A DNA stretch of 64,000 nt from Chiloscyllium plagiosum (Eukaryota): positions 93,948,659 through 94,012,658 of the forward strand of contig NC_057719.1 of NCBI RefSeq assembly GCF_004010195.1, written 5' to 3'. A program made the position numbers and the translations under genes. Position 1 is the first letter of the stretch. Every line of letters starts with the position of its first letter. Positions 39,020 to 51,050 of the stretch are shown here, piece after piece. The notes under the pieces are model-generated. The model did no database searches. It saw only the letters and a list, made by a program, of their open reading frames with translations, and had not been told where the DNA came from.

Positions 39020-40240
39020 CGTGGTTGTACAGTGAGTACAGTAGAGGGCTGAGAACACATCCTCCAGGAGCTCCAGTGTTGAGTGGTATTGTGTTGAAGG
39101 GGCAGATACCTATCTTCACTGATTGCGATCTGTTGGTCAGAAACCTGGGGATCCAGTTGCAGAGGATGGAGCTGTGTTCAAGGTTACGGAGTGTTAAGAT
39201 CAGTCTGGAGGGGACCGTGGTGTTGAATTTGGAGATGTATTCAATGAGCAGGAGTCTGGTATAGGTGTCCTTGTTGTACAGAGTTTCCAGGTATGAATGC
39301 AAGTCTCGGGATATGGCATCAATTGTGAAACCGTAACATCAGTAGGTAAATTATAGTGGATCAGGGCAGGCTGGGAGATCGGAGGTGAACAAGGCCAGAC
39401 GCAGCCTCTCGAAGCACTTCATGTTTGTTGTGGTTCTGTTCGCCGACCTGGGAATTTGTGTTGCAGACGTTTTGTCCCCTGCCTAGGTGAAATCCTCAGT
39501 GCTTGGGAGCCGCCTGTGAAGCGCTTCTTTGATGTTTCCTCCGGCATTTATAGTGGTTTGTGTCTGCTGCTTCCGATTGTCAGTTCCAGCTGTCCGCTGC
39601 AGTGGCCGGTATGTTGGGTCCAGGTCGATGTGTTTGTCGATAGAATCTGTGGCTGAGTGCCATGCCTCTCGGAATTCCCTGGCTGTTCTCTGTTCTCTCT
39701 CCTATAATAATAGTGTTGTCCCAGTCGAATTCATGTTGCTTGTCATCTGCATGTGTAGCTACTAAGGATAGCTGGTCGTGTCGTTTCGTGGCTAGTTGGT
39801 GTTCATGGACACGGATCGTTAGCTGTCTTCCTGTTTGTCCTATGTAGTGTTTTGTGCAGTCCTTGCATGGGATTTTGTACACTACGTTGGTTTTGCTCAT
39901 GTTTATTGGTGTCTGAACCACTGGGCGGTAGTCATTAAGGCACGTTCCATGGGTTTTCTAACTTACAAGGATGATGTTGGTCTTCCTGAAGCTGTTTGGG
40001 ACTTTGGCGTGTAGAAGGGAGAAGCTGAAGGTGTTTGTGAATACCTTTGCCAGTTGGTCCACACAGGGTCTGAGTGCACAGCCGAGAACAACTTCCAGGC
40101 CCGTTGCTTTCCTTGAGTTGAATCCCAGGAAGACTGATTATGTCTGCAGCGGTGACAGTGGGCACAGGTACATCTGAGGCTGTCGGGGCAGGTTTCAGCC
40201 TGGCAGACGCAGTCATCCATTATAGACATCCCCTCCCCCA
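39020..40240 (-). mobile_element. Rex1/Babar-type non-LTR retrotransposon, RT N-terminal half (decayed, interrupted by a Penelope-like fragment)
   Basis: Fragments read DQLAKVFTNTFSFSL..PNSFRKTNII..LNDYRPV, then MKCFERL, then DTYTRLLLIEYISKFNT..LCNWIPRFLTNRSQSVKIG..LNTGAPGGCVLSPLLYSLY. Confidence 0.85.
39427..39896 (-). mobile_element. Penelope-like element 3' fragment (GIY-YIG endonuclease)
   Basis: NVVYKIPCKDCTKHYIGQTGRQLTIRVHEHQLATKRHD. Flanked by direct repeat TCATGTTT (39419-39426, 39897-39904). Confidence 0.88.
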
Positions 40241-40499
40241 CCTCCCTTCGTCATCATCAACACAGAGTGACATTGGTTGGTGTGAGCACTACACATTTCA
40301 TGTTAAGACAGAGTGACAGCAATAGATGGGATTGTGCACCATCAAGTTTTGTGTCACCATAATGGGGTAAGTTAACAACAAATAGGGCGCACAGTGTGCT
40401 CGAACTGTCAGTGTTGCAGGGAGTGAAGACCATACAAATATAATTCCAGTCAAGCCACTGTTTTAACCTAAATGGAGTCAAGCACTTCAGTCAGGAAGA

Positions 40500-41190
40500 G
40501 CCATACACATGAACCAACTGATCGAAGTTTTTCTCAGTTTACAGATGATATAATGATGATTTTGAGGAAGTGGAAAGGCGACTGAAAGTCCTGAACAGTT
40601 TCGGACTGTGGGAAAACACGTGGCTGATTGAACACAATATGGGAACGTGTGGTATTATGCACTTTCGTCGGCGGAATAGAGGCAGACACTATGTTCTAGT
40701 AGGATCCCAAGAAATCTGAAGCACGAAGGGATGTTGAAGCAGTTGTCCTCTCTTATGGTTAATGTGCAGGTTCAGTTGGCAGTTCGGAAAGCAAATGCAA
40801 TGTTAGCATTCATTTCAAGAGAACAAGAATACAAGAGAGGAGACATACTGCTGAGAATGCAATGGGCTATTGTCAGATGCATTTGTAAAATTGGGAGCTG
40901 TTTTGGGGAGTGATCTGCTGGTGTTGGAGGTGATCCACCTGGGAATGACGTCACGTCATATGAGCAGTCGTTGAGGGCTCTGTGTCCGTAGTCAATGGAA
41001 TTTCGAAGGATGGGGGCAGCGGTGGCTGATTGAAACTGATCGATTACTTCAAAGATTGATACAGTAAGCGTGCAGAAGATATTTCCACAAGTCATAGAGA
41101 CTATGACAATGTAGCACAGTTTCAGAGTGAACAGATGGGCTGAAAGGCTTAACCTACTGGTCCAGCTCATGCCCTTATGGTCATAGGGTC
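40500..41190 (+). mobile_element. Decayed CR1 LINE 3' fragment
   Basis: QVQLAVRKANAMLAFISREQEYKRGDILL, followed by a tail ending ATGGGCTGAAAGGC. Confidence 0.7.
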
Positions 41191-41629
41191 TGTTATTTAG
41201 TGCAGAATTGAAAGCCTCTGACCTGCTCTTGTGACACTTGTATTTTTATGTTGTTTTGACATCACGTTCTGGGCAATGGTAATCCCTGTGATATGGATGG
41301 TGGGAGGATTCAGTATCGGTCAGTAATCCATTAATATTTTGAATATGAGCTGCTGTCTGTGAGTCTCATTTGATGATAATACATCGTCTCTACAATGATT
41401 GTCATTTTCAGTCTGGTATTTTCGAAGGATCGATCATTTGGCGCCAGTGTCGAATTTAACAAAACAGGAGCAAGTTATCACAGCACTCAGGAAAAAGGAG
41501 TCATCGAATACTGAGCACCCTTCTAATAGCAGAAAGGTCGAAAATGTTCAGTATCAGAAACATTGCTTTTCTGTTCGTATTCAAATCAGACAACCCATCC
41601 CATAGAAATCTCAATTTGGAACTACTTTT

Positions 41630-44600
41630 TAAGGATCTTATTTGGATGTGGGCATCGCAGGATGGCCCCCCATTTCTTGCCCGTCCCTAGTTGCCCTCTT
41701 GAGAAGATGGCGCTGAACTGCCTTCTTGAACCACTGCAGTCCACTTGCTGTGCGTTGACCCACAATGCTATTGGGGAGGGAATTCCAGGGTTTTTTACCC
41801 AGCAACAGTGAAGGAAGGCGATACATTTCCAAATCAGAATGGTGACTGGTTTGGAGGGGAGTTTGAAGGTGATGGTGTTTCCACAAATTTGCTACCCTTG
41901 TAAATCTCGATGGAAGTGTTCGTGGGATTGTAATGTGCTGTCTGAGGCTCTTTGGGAAATTTCTGCAATGCGTTTTGTCGATTGCACACACTGCTGCTAC
42001 TGATGGTGGAGGGATTAAATGATTGTAGATGTGGCGCCAATCAAATCGGCTGCTTTGGCTAGGATGGTGACAAGCTTCTTTAGGGTCTGCACTCATTCAG
42101 GCAACTGGGGAATATTCCATCTCATTCCTGACTTATGCCTTGTAGATGTTGGGCAGGCTTTGGATTTTCAGGAGGTGAGTCACTCGTGCAATATTCCTAG
42201 CTTCCGATCTGCTCTTATATTCATGTGAAGAGTCCAGGTGAGTTTCTGGTCAATGATCATTCCCAGGATATTGACGTGGAGGAATTCAGTTACGATAATG
42301 CTGCTGAATACCAAGTAGTTATATTGTTTCTTATTGGTAATGCTCATTGTTGGCATCTGTGTGGCGCAAATGTTATTTGCCATTTGTCACCCAAGCCTGG
42401 ATATGGTCCAGATCTTGTTGCATTTCGGCATGTACTACTTCAGTATCTGAGCATTTGTGAATGGTGCTGAACACAGTGCAGTCATCGTCGAATATCCCCA
42501 CTTCTGACTTTATGATGGAGGGAAGGTCATTGATGAAGCAGCTGAAAATGTTTGGACCGATGACAATTATCCTGATGGACTACTGCAGAAATGTTCTGGA
42601 GCTGAAATGACTGACCTCCACAATCCATGACCATCTTCCTATCTGTCAGGTACGACTCCAATAAGGGAGTGCTTGCCCGCGATACCGTTTTCCCTTGGGC
42701 TCCTTGATGCCACAGAAAGCAGCCTTGATGTCAAGCGCTGGAATTCAGTTCCTTTTTCCATGTTTGAACCAAGGCTGTGATGAGGTCAGGAGCTGAGTAA
42801 CCCTGATAGAACCCAAACTGGGCGTCACTGAGAAAGTTATTGCTGAGCAGTAGCTGCTTGATAACACTGTTGGTGATCCCTCCCATCATTTTACTGATGA
42901 TGGAGAGCAGACTGATGATGCGGTATTTGGCCGCATTGAATTTGTTCTGCTTGTTATGTACAGAACATCCTTGAGCAGTTTTTCCCCCCCATTGTCGGTT
43001 TGTAAACATACTAGAACAGCTTGGCTAGGGGAGCGGGAAGTTCTGGAGCTCAAGTCTTCATGACTATTTCCTGCATGTTATCAGGGCCCAGAGCCTTCGG
43101 AGTATCCAGTGTCTTCAATCGTTTCTAGATATCATTCAATCGAATTGGCTGAGGACTGCTGGCTGTAATGATGGGGACCACCGGAGGAGGCCGAAATGAG
43201 TCATCCACTCGAAACTTCTGACTGAAGAGTGCTGCGATAGCTTCAGCCTTATCTTTTGCACTGATGTTCTGGGCTCTTCCGTCGTTGAAAATAGGGATAT
43301 TTCTGGAGACTCCTACTCCGGTGAGTAATTCCCGATTGGAAGGACTGCAGAGCATTTTTTGTTGGATCGCTTTGCTCTGTCTGTACCTTGCTCTTTTTGG
43401 CACGCAAGTAGTTCTGCTTGGAATCTTAAGCACAGTAACATTATATATATATCTTTATATATAAATACCTCGTTCAGCTCCTGGCGTGGCGTGCCCTCCT
43501 GCACTCTCCATTGAAACAGGGTTGATTCTCTGGTTGATAGTTATGGCTGAGTGGGGGATATGTTGGGCCGTGACATTACAGATTGTGCTGGACTACAGTT
43601 CTGCTGCTATCGATTGTCCACAGTGTCATATGGATGCTCAGTCTTGAATTGCTAGATCTGTTCGAAGTCTGTGCCATTTAGCATGGTGATAATGCCACAC
43701 AACACCGAATAGTTTACTATTCAGGAGAATAAACACAACGGTAGAGTGGTGGTCACTTTTACAGATACTGTCATTGACAGGTAGAACTGCAGTTGGTAGA
43801 TTGGAAAGGATGAAGTCAGGTATTTTTTTTCCCTGTCGTTTATTCCCTCACCATCTGCTGCAGACCAAATCTAGTAGCTATGTCCTTTAAGACCCAACCA
43901 ACGTGATCAGTCGTACTGCTGCCAAACTACTCTTGGTGGTCTACTTTGAAATCCCCAAACAGGATACTTTTTGTGCCCTGTCCACAGTCAGTGGTTTGAC
44001 ATGAAGGAGTACTGGTTCAGCTGAGGAACGATGTTACGTGGTAATCAGTAAAGGCTTCTTTGGCCATGTTTAACCTGAAGCCATGTCCCGTCTGGATCAC
44101 ACTGAGCTGCCCCCTCTGCTGGATCGGTACTGCCTTTGGTACAGAAGGATGGTGTTGATGGTGTCCGGGTTATTTCTGCAAGGTATGATTCCATAATTAT
44201 GCCGATGTCAGGCTGTTGCTTGACTTGTCTGTAAGGCAGTTGTCCGAATGTTGGCACTAGCCCTCAGATGTTAGTAAGGAGGACTTTACAGTTTCAACAG
44301 AGATGTTTCTAATGTTGACTTTTCCGGTGCACAGTTTGATGCCAGCTGGTTCCAGTCGGTTTCATTTCTTTGAGACTTTGTAACGATTGTTGCAACTGAA
44401 TGATTCGCTTGACCATTTCAGAGGGCGCTTGAGAGTCAATGACATTGCTTTGGGTCTGGAGTCACATGTCGGCCAGACCAGATGAGGATGGAAGAGTCCT
44501 TCATTGAAAGATATCAGTGAATCAGATGGGTTTTCTGACAATCAGCTTTGATTTCATTCTCATTAGAAGATTCTTAATTGAAGGGATACCTTGGAATGAT

Positions 44601-44700
44601 TGAATTGAATTTCCACCATCTGCAATGACAGGTTTCGAACGTGGGTCCAAGAACAGGAGTTGATTTTCTGTATTTATAATCAAGCAATAATACCATGAGG
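41630..44700 (-). mobile_element. Decayed CR1-clade LINE, APE to RT to 3' tail
   Basis: KQQPDIGIIMESYL, KDKAEAIAALFSQK, YRIISLLSIISKMM..AQFGFYQGYSAPDLITALVQTW and ILGMIIDQKLTW. Confidence 0.82.
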
Positions 44701-46259
44701 CCCTACTTGGAAACAATGTTGCACTCAGCTGCCATTTCTGGTGTTGTCCTGTTCATTTTCATTGCTTGTATTATCCTGGAATCTCATCCTTCAGTAAATC
44801 CTGATTGAACTACACGGTGATGAATGTCCTCTCGACTGCTCTAATTTCATTCAGTCTGTTTTGTTTTAACAGACATTTCAAGTCAGGTGGGCTTCAGAAA
44901 ATAGCAGGAAGATGTCACTGGTGATTGTGCACTGTACCTGTCACCGTACCAACGGGTCTGCCCAGACACCTAAAGTATTTATTGTGGGTCAGGGAACCTC
45001 AGAATTGTTGTAGCACAGATGGAGGTCGGTCATCCCATCGTGGGGTCACGAGCTCTCCAACTACACAATTAGAGACAGAGAGAATGCGTGGAGTTAGACT
45101 GTGAGAGAGAAATAAACAGAGAGAATGAAAGTGAAGGGAGATAAACAGAGAGAGGATAGAAAGGGGAGTGACTGACTGAGTGGGAGGGGAAGAGCTCTGA
45201 GATAAGTGTGAAGTTGGATAGGTCAGAAGATAGCATGAGGGGATATAAATAGGGACAGACAGAAGTTAGAAGTTTTATTTAGAATTTCCTCTGGACTGCA
45301 AGCCCTTTGTCTGGGTACCATACCTTGTGAGCATTGTGTTGATACTCGTTGTCATCCCAGATTATTTATTTCCAATAGCATCACAGAGTTGTTTACTGAC
45401 AGCTAAACAGAACCGATTAGGCCAATAGAGTGGTTCCACGGAGAAAGCAGAGTTTTTAAATATTAGTGACTGGGGAACATCATCGTCCCTCCGCCCAGTC
45501 TAAAAAACCATGTCCCACAGTCTTTTCCATCGTCTGTCTTTTCCCCAATGTCATAACCACCATGCAATTGAAGTCCATTAAATGACACTTCATCACAGTT
45601 CGTTAACATCGAGAAAATCAACAACATGACCCACACCTGCCCTGTCTGATCCTGGAAGAACAATCTGAATTGTGCTTGTCGCGTACAATTCTCTGTTAAC
45701 ATATCTATGTCTTTACTTTGCTAACTCATGTTTTCTTAGGCACGTTTTGCTACCGGATCATGGATGATAGATGTTCTCTGAAAGTTTTACTGATATTGCA
45801 ATGACTGATCTGTAGCTACAGGATTTATATCTCTATTTCTGTGCAAAGAAGCATATTTATGTTCCGTTAAACCTCTGGCATTACTTCTATATCTGAGGCA
45901 GACTGAATGATGACACATAATCAGTCTGCCATCTTCAACATTCCTTTCTTCAGTCACACTCAGATATCACATCCAGAATGCATAAATGTTCAAAGTTATT
46001 TTGAATTTTAACAAAACAGTGTTGAATTGAAAAGGGTTAACTGGAGCTATTTATTCAGCGATTATGGTTATGTCAGTCTCCATAGATCCTATGCGTCCCT
46101 TGAGAGTTTCTCTCTTCTATCATGAAGGGAATGCTTTCTGTGTTTTATTCCATAGTATGAGCTGGAGCATGACCACCAGCAGTAACAGGGATCCGCAGCT
46201 TCAGGGAGAGCGTGAGGACAGATCAGAAACTGGGAACATTACACTGGAATTTTCCAGCA

Positions 46260-46434
46260 ATGGATCAGAATCTGAGAACATTAGACTGGAATATTCCAAC
46301 AATGGACAGAAGTTTATCCGTTGGCCTTTACTGGCTTTCCCTACCTTGGATATCATTAGCATCGTGGATTGAAAATGTACTGATGGTTATTCAAGCTGGT
46401 TATTATCCTATTCTTGCTATAGTTGGTGTTCCTG
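46260..46434 (+). CDS. First coding exon of a GPR139/GPR142-like rhodopsin-class GPCR (N-terminus and start of TM1)
   Basis: MDQNLRTLDWNIPTMDRSLSVGLYWLSLPWISLASWIENVLMVIQAGYYPILAIVGVP ends at a phase-1 donor CCTG/gttagt. The YYPILAIVGVP motif, and an intron just before the TM1 Asn, resemble shark GPR139-like genes as I recall them. No second exon is seen in the window. Confidence 0.75.
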
Positions 46435-47677
46435 GTTAGTCACTCTGTCTGTCTAGTGAAACAGTGTGAACTGAATTGATGCTCATGATTTGTAAATTTT
46501 GGAATGTCGCAAGTCAACGGTTTCAGTTCTATTCAAAGATTCCGTTCCTTAGAAATTATAAGTAGCAAATTATTATTTACAAGTTGCTCAACAGTATGCG
46601 AGGATGAAACACATTGTTCTCAACCTCCTTGATTCATTTTCTCCTTCAAAGTTTACATCTCCATATCCTCCCCACATACCAATGCTGTCCAGTACCACCA
46701 TTAAGACGTCCCAGTCTCTTCCTCAGCCTCAGTGCAAGTCATGAATAAACCATTGTTTGTGCCTTTGTTAATTCTGGATAGACCTGTTTCAAGTCCCTTC
46801 TTATCACGTTTCCATTGCAAAGTAATTGCACTTGAGATGTTTGACTTGTTCTCTGCACAGAATCTGAAAGATGGAAGACAGCGTATGATAGTCACGTCAT
46901 TTGCTCGTCATCCAGATCCACAGAATAATAATATGTTGCTATTGGCTTGCCTGATGCCCATGAGAGAAGGCAATGAGTCATCCTTTCCCAGAAAGTTCTC
47001 TGTGTAACTGCAAACCCACGGCAGTTTGTTTTGCTATATACTGTCATGTAGAACAGCAGAACCAACACTCAGTTCACGATCAGCTTAACATGCTGGCCTG
47101 ACCAAGGCTGCACACATCCCGTGAGGGACGATCAAAAGGAAAATAACTTCCCTCCTCTGCCTGTATCGCATATTCCTGCAGCTGATTTCCATTCAGGTAT
47201 ATGACCATTCACTGATTTAGGTGCATTATTTGTGATTGAGTCACTCCAAAGAGTGATGTCCATCTCGATAGGCACCTCTGGTGCTGGCTTTATTGATGCT
47301 GACCTATCGATATAAGGATATTTTAAATTCCACATCAGTGGCAGTGCATTGTAAATGAATGCTTTCCGATGTCACACAAAAGAAATGGAGCCAGCAAAGT
47401 AGGGGAAAGGAATTATTGTGATCACACCTGAGAGGGGTATTGAGGCAGTATTTGTGGTATTGTGGACTGATTGTCTCTCCTTTATAAGGAGTGACCTCCT
47501 TACCAGAGAGTGCGTGCAATGGAGTTCCACCAGATTAATCACTGGAATGACGGCACCATGAGGAGTGAGTGAATGTCGATCTGTCGCGTTGTGAGAGCAT
47601 GCGAGGTGATTGCATTGAACCCTGAGTGGGATGGACGATCACTCCTTATATTCTAAACAGACAATGAGAAGTTGATA

Positions 47678-48177
47678 NNNNNNNNNNNNNNNNNNNNNNN
47701 NNNNNNNNNNNNNNNNNNNNNNNNNNNNNNNNNNNNNNNNNNNNNNNNNNNNNNNNNNNNNNNNNNNNNNNNNNNNNNNNNNNNNNNNNNNNNNNNNNNN
47801 NNNNNNNNNNNNNNNNNNNNNNNNNNNNNNNNNNNNNNNNNNNNNNNNNNNNNNNNNNNNNNNNNNNNNNNNNNNNNNNNNNNNNNNNNNNNNNNNNNNN
47901 NNNNNNNNNNNNNNNNNNNNNNNNNNNNNNNNNNNNNNNNNNNNNNNNNNNNNNNNNNNNNNNNNNNNNNNNNNNNNNNNNNNNNNNNNNNNNNNNNNNN
48001 NNNNNNNNNNNNNNNNNNNNNNNNNNNNNNNNNNNNNNNNNNNNNNNNNNNNNNNNNNNNNNNNNNNNNNNNNNNNNNNNNNNNNNNNNNNNNNNNNNNN
48101 NNNNNNNNNNNNNNNNNNNNNNNNNNNNNNNNNNNNNNNNNNNNNNNNNNNNNNNNNNNNNNNNNNNNNNNNNNNNN
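47678..48177. other. Assembly gap (exactly 500 N, probably a placeholder of unknown size)
   Basis: Run of N. Confidence 1.
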
Positions 48178-48735
48178 GTGTGTCAGAAACATCCCAGGAA
48201 TTGTGCTCCATGAGATTTATGTGTGAGGAAAACTCCAGTTCTGAGAATCCGCCATTGGACTATGCACGTGTTGTGTCTGAATACCTGACTGAACGTTGAC
48301 ATTTGTGGCTGATAAATGTTTAGTTGGGCGTTTTAGGTGGTTATTTCTGCATTACTGACCCAAGCTGTCCAGACATTGGGAGTACATTAAGTTTAGACAG
48401 TGTAGAGTCAACTATCAAACTCCATTGCCTGCCTTTTATTGGCTTCTGTCATTACGTGACCTGAGGCTGTGACCCCTGGTGCATAAGCGGAAATGTTCTC
48501 TAATCATTCTGCCTCTGGAGTGTTCCATCAGGCATATGGTGTGAAAGATGGATTTACATTAGTGGGCTGCATGGTAGCACTGCATTAAACTAAATGACTG
48601 GATGAAACACAACCAAACAGAACAAGTGAAAGTATTTGGCTGGGAAAGGAGTCGGATGTGGGAAAATGTATTATTACTGACTGGCCTTCAAGAAAGAATT
48701 ACACAAACTCAAGGTTAGTGCATATTCATTCGAGA

Positions 48736-48741
48736 TTTATT
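48736..48741 (-). promoter_or_regulatory. Candidate polyadenylation signal of membrane IgM transcript
   Basis: AATAAA on the minus strand about 410 nt downstream of the putative TM2 stop. Confidence 0.45.
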
Positions 48742-49149
48742 AACCATTTCAGAAAGCATTTTTATCCGAAAAGTTGATGTAAAAGCTAACAGAAGTGAAT
48801 ATAATGGCTGGATGCCATATTGAGACGAGAACACATGCGCTGTGAGCTGGGAATTTTCTGTACATCAGTAACAGTCACAAGAAAGGGAATACAAAGGCTC
48901 ATCAGAAAGGGTAGGCAACCATTCTGAGTAAGGAACAAATAAAAACAAAACAAACGGGCTGCAAACAACTGGGAAGCTACAAATTCTTCCAACCACAACC
49001 ATCTCAACGATATCAAAGTAAAAACGAAAATCCATCAATAATTGTCTCAATTACACACTGATAAACTGAAATAATCTCACTGTTCGAGTCAGCAACAGGA
49101 CAGATTGTAGTTAGGGGATTCAGAGACCTTGATAAGCAGATCAGGAAAA

Positions 49150-49179
49150 TCAAAGGGGTCCACAACTCATTCCCCCAAC
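49150..49179 (-). pseudogene. IGHM: Probable IgM TM2 (cytoplasmic) exon, coding part
   Basis: Strong acceptor (tttctcttttccag) 139 bp after the TM1 donor. Reads VGGMSCGPL*. AATAAA follows at 48736-48741. Confidence 0.6.
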
Positions 49180-49318
49180 CTGGAAAAGAGAAATAATACA
49201 ATGACGCAGACATTTATGATCAGGGACTTTCAGATTTAATGTTTATTCAATGGCACACTTAGAGATTTCACAAAACATATTGGGCTGCTTGGCGTGAGAA
49301 AGATGTGATTATTCTCAC

Positions 49319-49446
49319 CTTCACCAGAGTGACGGCAGCGCTGTAGAAAATACTCAGGAAGAACAAGGTGATGAACGTGGAAGCAGTTGTCTAGATGTTG
49401 CTGTTATCATCCTCATAGTATTCAATCCAAGTGCGATCTATTGAAT
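49319..49446 (-). pseudogene. IGHM: IgM transmembrane exon TM1 with premature stop
   Basis: Acceptor tttcatag, donor GAAG/gtgaga. Reads DSIDRTWIEYYEDDNSNI*TTASTFITLFFLSIFYSAAVTLVK, with the antigen-receptor TM motif. TAG at 49391-49393 replaces the conserved Trp. Confidence 0.95.
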
Positions 49447-49949
49447 CTATGAAAATAAGGCTGAAAGAACGCATTTACATTGTTTATTGATCCAGATCGA
49501 TCTATCTGCATCCAAGTCATGTAATCGGAGAGCATTACATCTTCATAAAGCAGTCAGGTATTTCTCAAGTGTGACTCTCATCTGTATCTATTAGTGCATT
49601 ATTGACTCTCAGCAAGAAATTACAAATACTAACTGCACATGTTCTTTCTTCATTGTCCATGTCAGAACGTTTTAAATTATTTTTCTTTGAATCTATTATT
49701 TAAGGATATTATTATTTGAGGAATGCTTATTACGAATGATTATTTTAATTATATCATTGTATTTTAAATATAGGCTGTGACAGCAGTTTAGTTGAAAATT
49801 GTGGCCATCACTGAATAAAAGTTCTAATGTGATTCTCATCTTTATGTATTGGTGACCAATTGCTTAGCTAATCGTGAATTTCAGTGACATCACAGTCAGG
49901 ACATTGCTTCATATTTTTGTTTGTAGGATCTGCATATTTAGGAATGAGT

Positions 49950-51050
49950 TTTTGTACATGTGTTCCTTAATTTATTTGATCTACTACTTGGTGTGTTTGG
50001 TTTTCCTTTAATGTTTGTGTATGTGGTTATGAGAGTCTCTTACTTCATTCTTGCCCATGTTGGAGTCTGTGCATGAATAAACATATTCCTGTTCCTTTAC
50101 TGCTGGTGTGCTCATGTGTTTGTGCATCTAAGTTTTGATCTTTTCACATTGTGTATGCATCATCATGCTAATATGCCACTTCGTTGCTGTCTATGCTTAT
50201 CATTTAATGTCTTTGTGAGTGTTCACTTTTCATTCGTGCTATCGAAAATGTGTGCTTATGTGTCTGTTTCAGATCCTACTTACACAGGGTTATTTTCATG
50301 TTTATGCTGAATAAATGTTAGCATGCGATGTTATGTTTTGGTGGATGTTTATATTTATATGATGATGTTTGCTTGTGTGGCAAACTTTCCTAAACCATCT
50401 CCTGATAAGCTTGTTTGTGTTATTGTTTGTGGATGCTTGCTGATGCTTGTGCCCATTATCCTTATTTAATAAACGCCCTTCTATTTGTTGATCTATGCAC
50501 TTGTGCGTCTGCATGTGAGATTCCAAATTTGTGTGTACATGTGACATTGTATATATGCCGATCAATGTGGTATAAAAATAACTAATTAAGCTGCCTTTGT
50601 CATTGAATGTTTGTGATTCTGAAAATGGGAAAATAATGATATTAATTTTTATCTCTGTGCACTTACGTGCCTGTGTGAGTATACATGTGGGAGGACATTT
50701 TTTCAGAATTTGTATCTGTGTGTTCATGCGTGTATTGTGCTGTACGCATTGTGCTGGATGAATGTATATGTATTCATGCCCATTTGTGTGTTACCGTGTG
50801 TCTATGTTTCTCATGATTATGTATGAGTACCCCTGTTCATTTGTGCAAATGATTTTCTTTCGGTGTATGTGAGGTTTTGTATGAGCTTAGGTGAGTGTTC
50901 AAGTACCACTTGCATGTGTGGCTCTGTGCGAGTATGCGTGTGTGACATTTTATCTATATGCACATTTGAGTGTGCACATAAATATGTGTCTTCAGGTGAG
51001 AGCCCGTATATGTGTTATTACGTGTGTATTTGCGATGATCTCTCTGTATC
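49950..51050. repeat. Degenerate TG-rich low-complexity region in the CH4-TM1 intron
   Basis: Dispersed TGTG/TATG/TGCA motifs without a long perfect run. Confidence 0.6.

Larger units (their letters stand above)
19851..39062 (-). repeat. ~19-kb tandem array of ~42-bp monomers derived from LINE reverse-transcriptase coding sequence
   Basis: Plus-strand consensus is about GTGGGTGTACAGGGAGTACAGTAGGGGGCTGAGGACACAGCC, which on the minus strand encodes GCVLSPLLYSLYTH. Length/42 gives roughly 460 diverged monomers. Contains a 64-N gap and two short insertions. Confidence 0.97.

Noticed and set aside
19851-39062. CRISPR-like or diversity-generating retroelement interpretation (repeats next to an RT)
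   Set aside because: The DNA is vertebrate, there are no cas genes, the variable parts are diverged versions of one sequence rather than unique spacers, and the RT is a decayed non-LTR element.
45897-45930. 10-bp inverted repeat GGCAGACTGA..TCAGTCTGCC upstream of the GPCR exon
   Set aside because: Short and isolated, with no supporting evidence of function.
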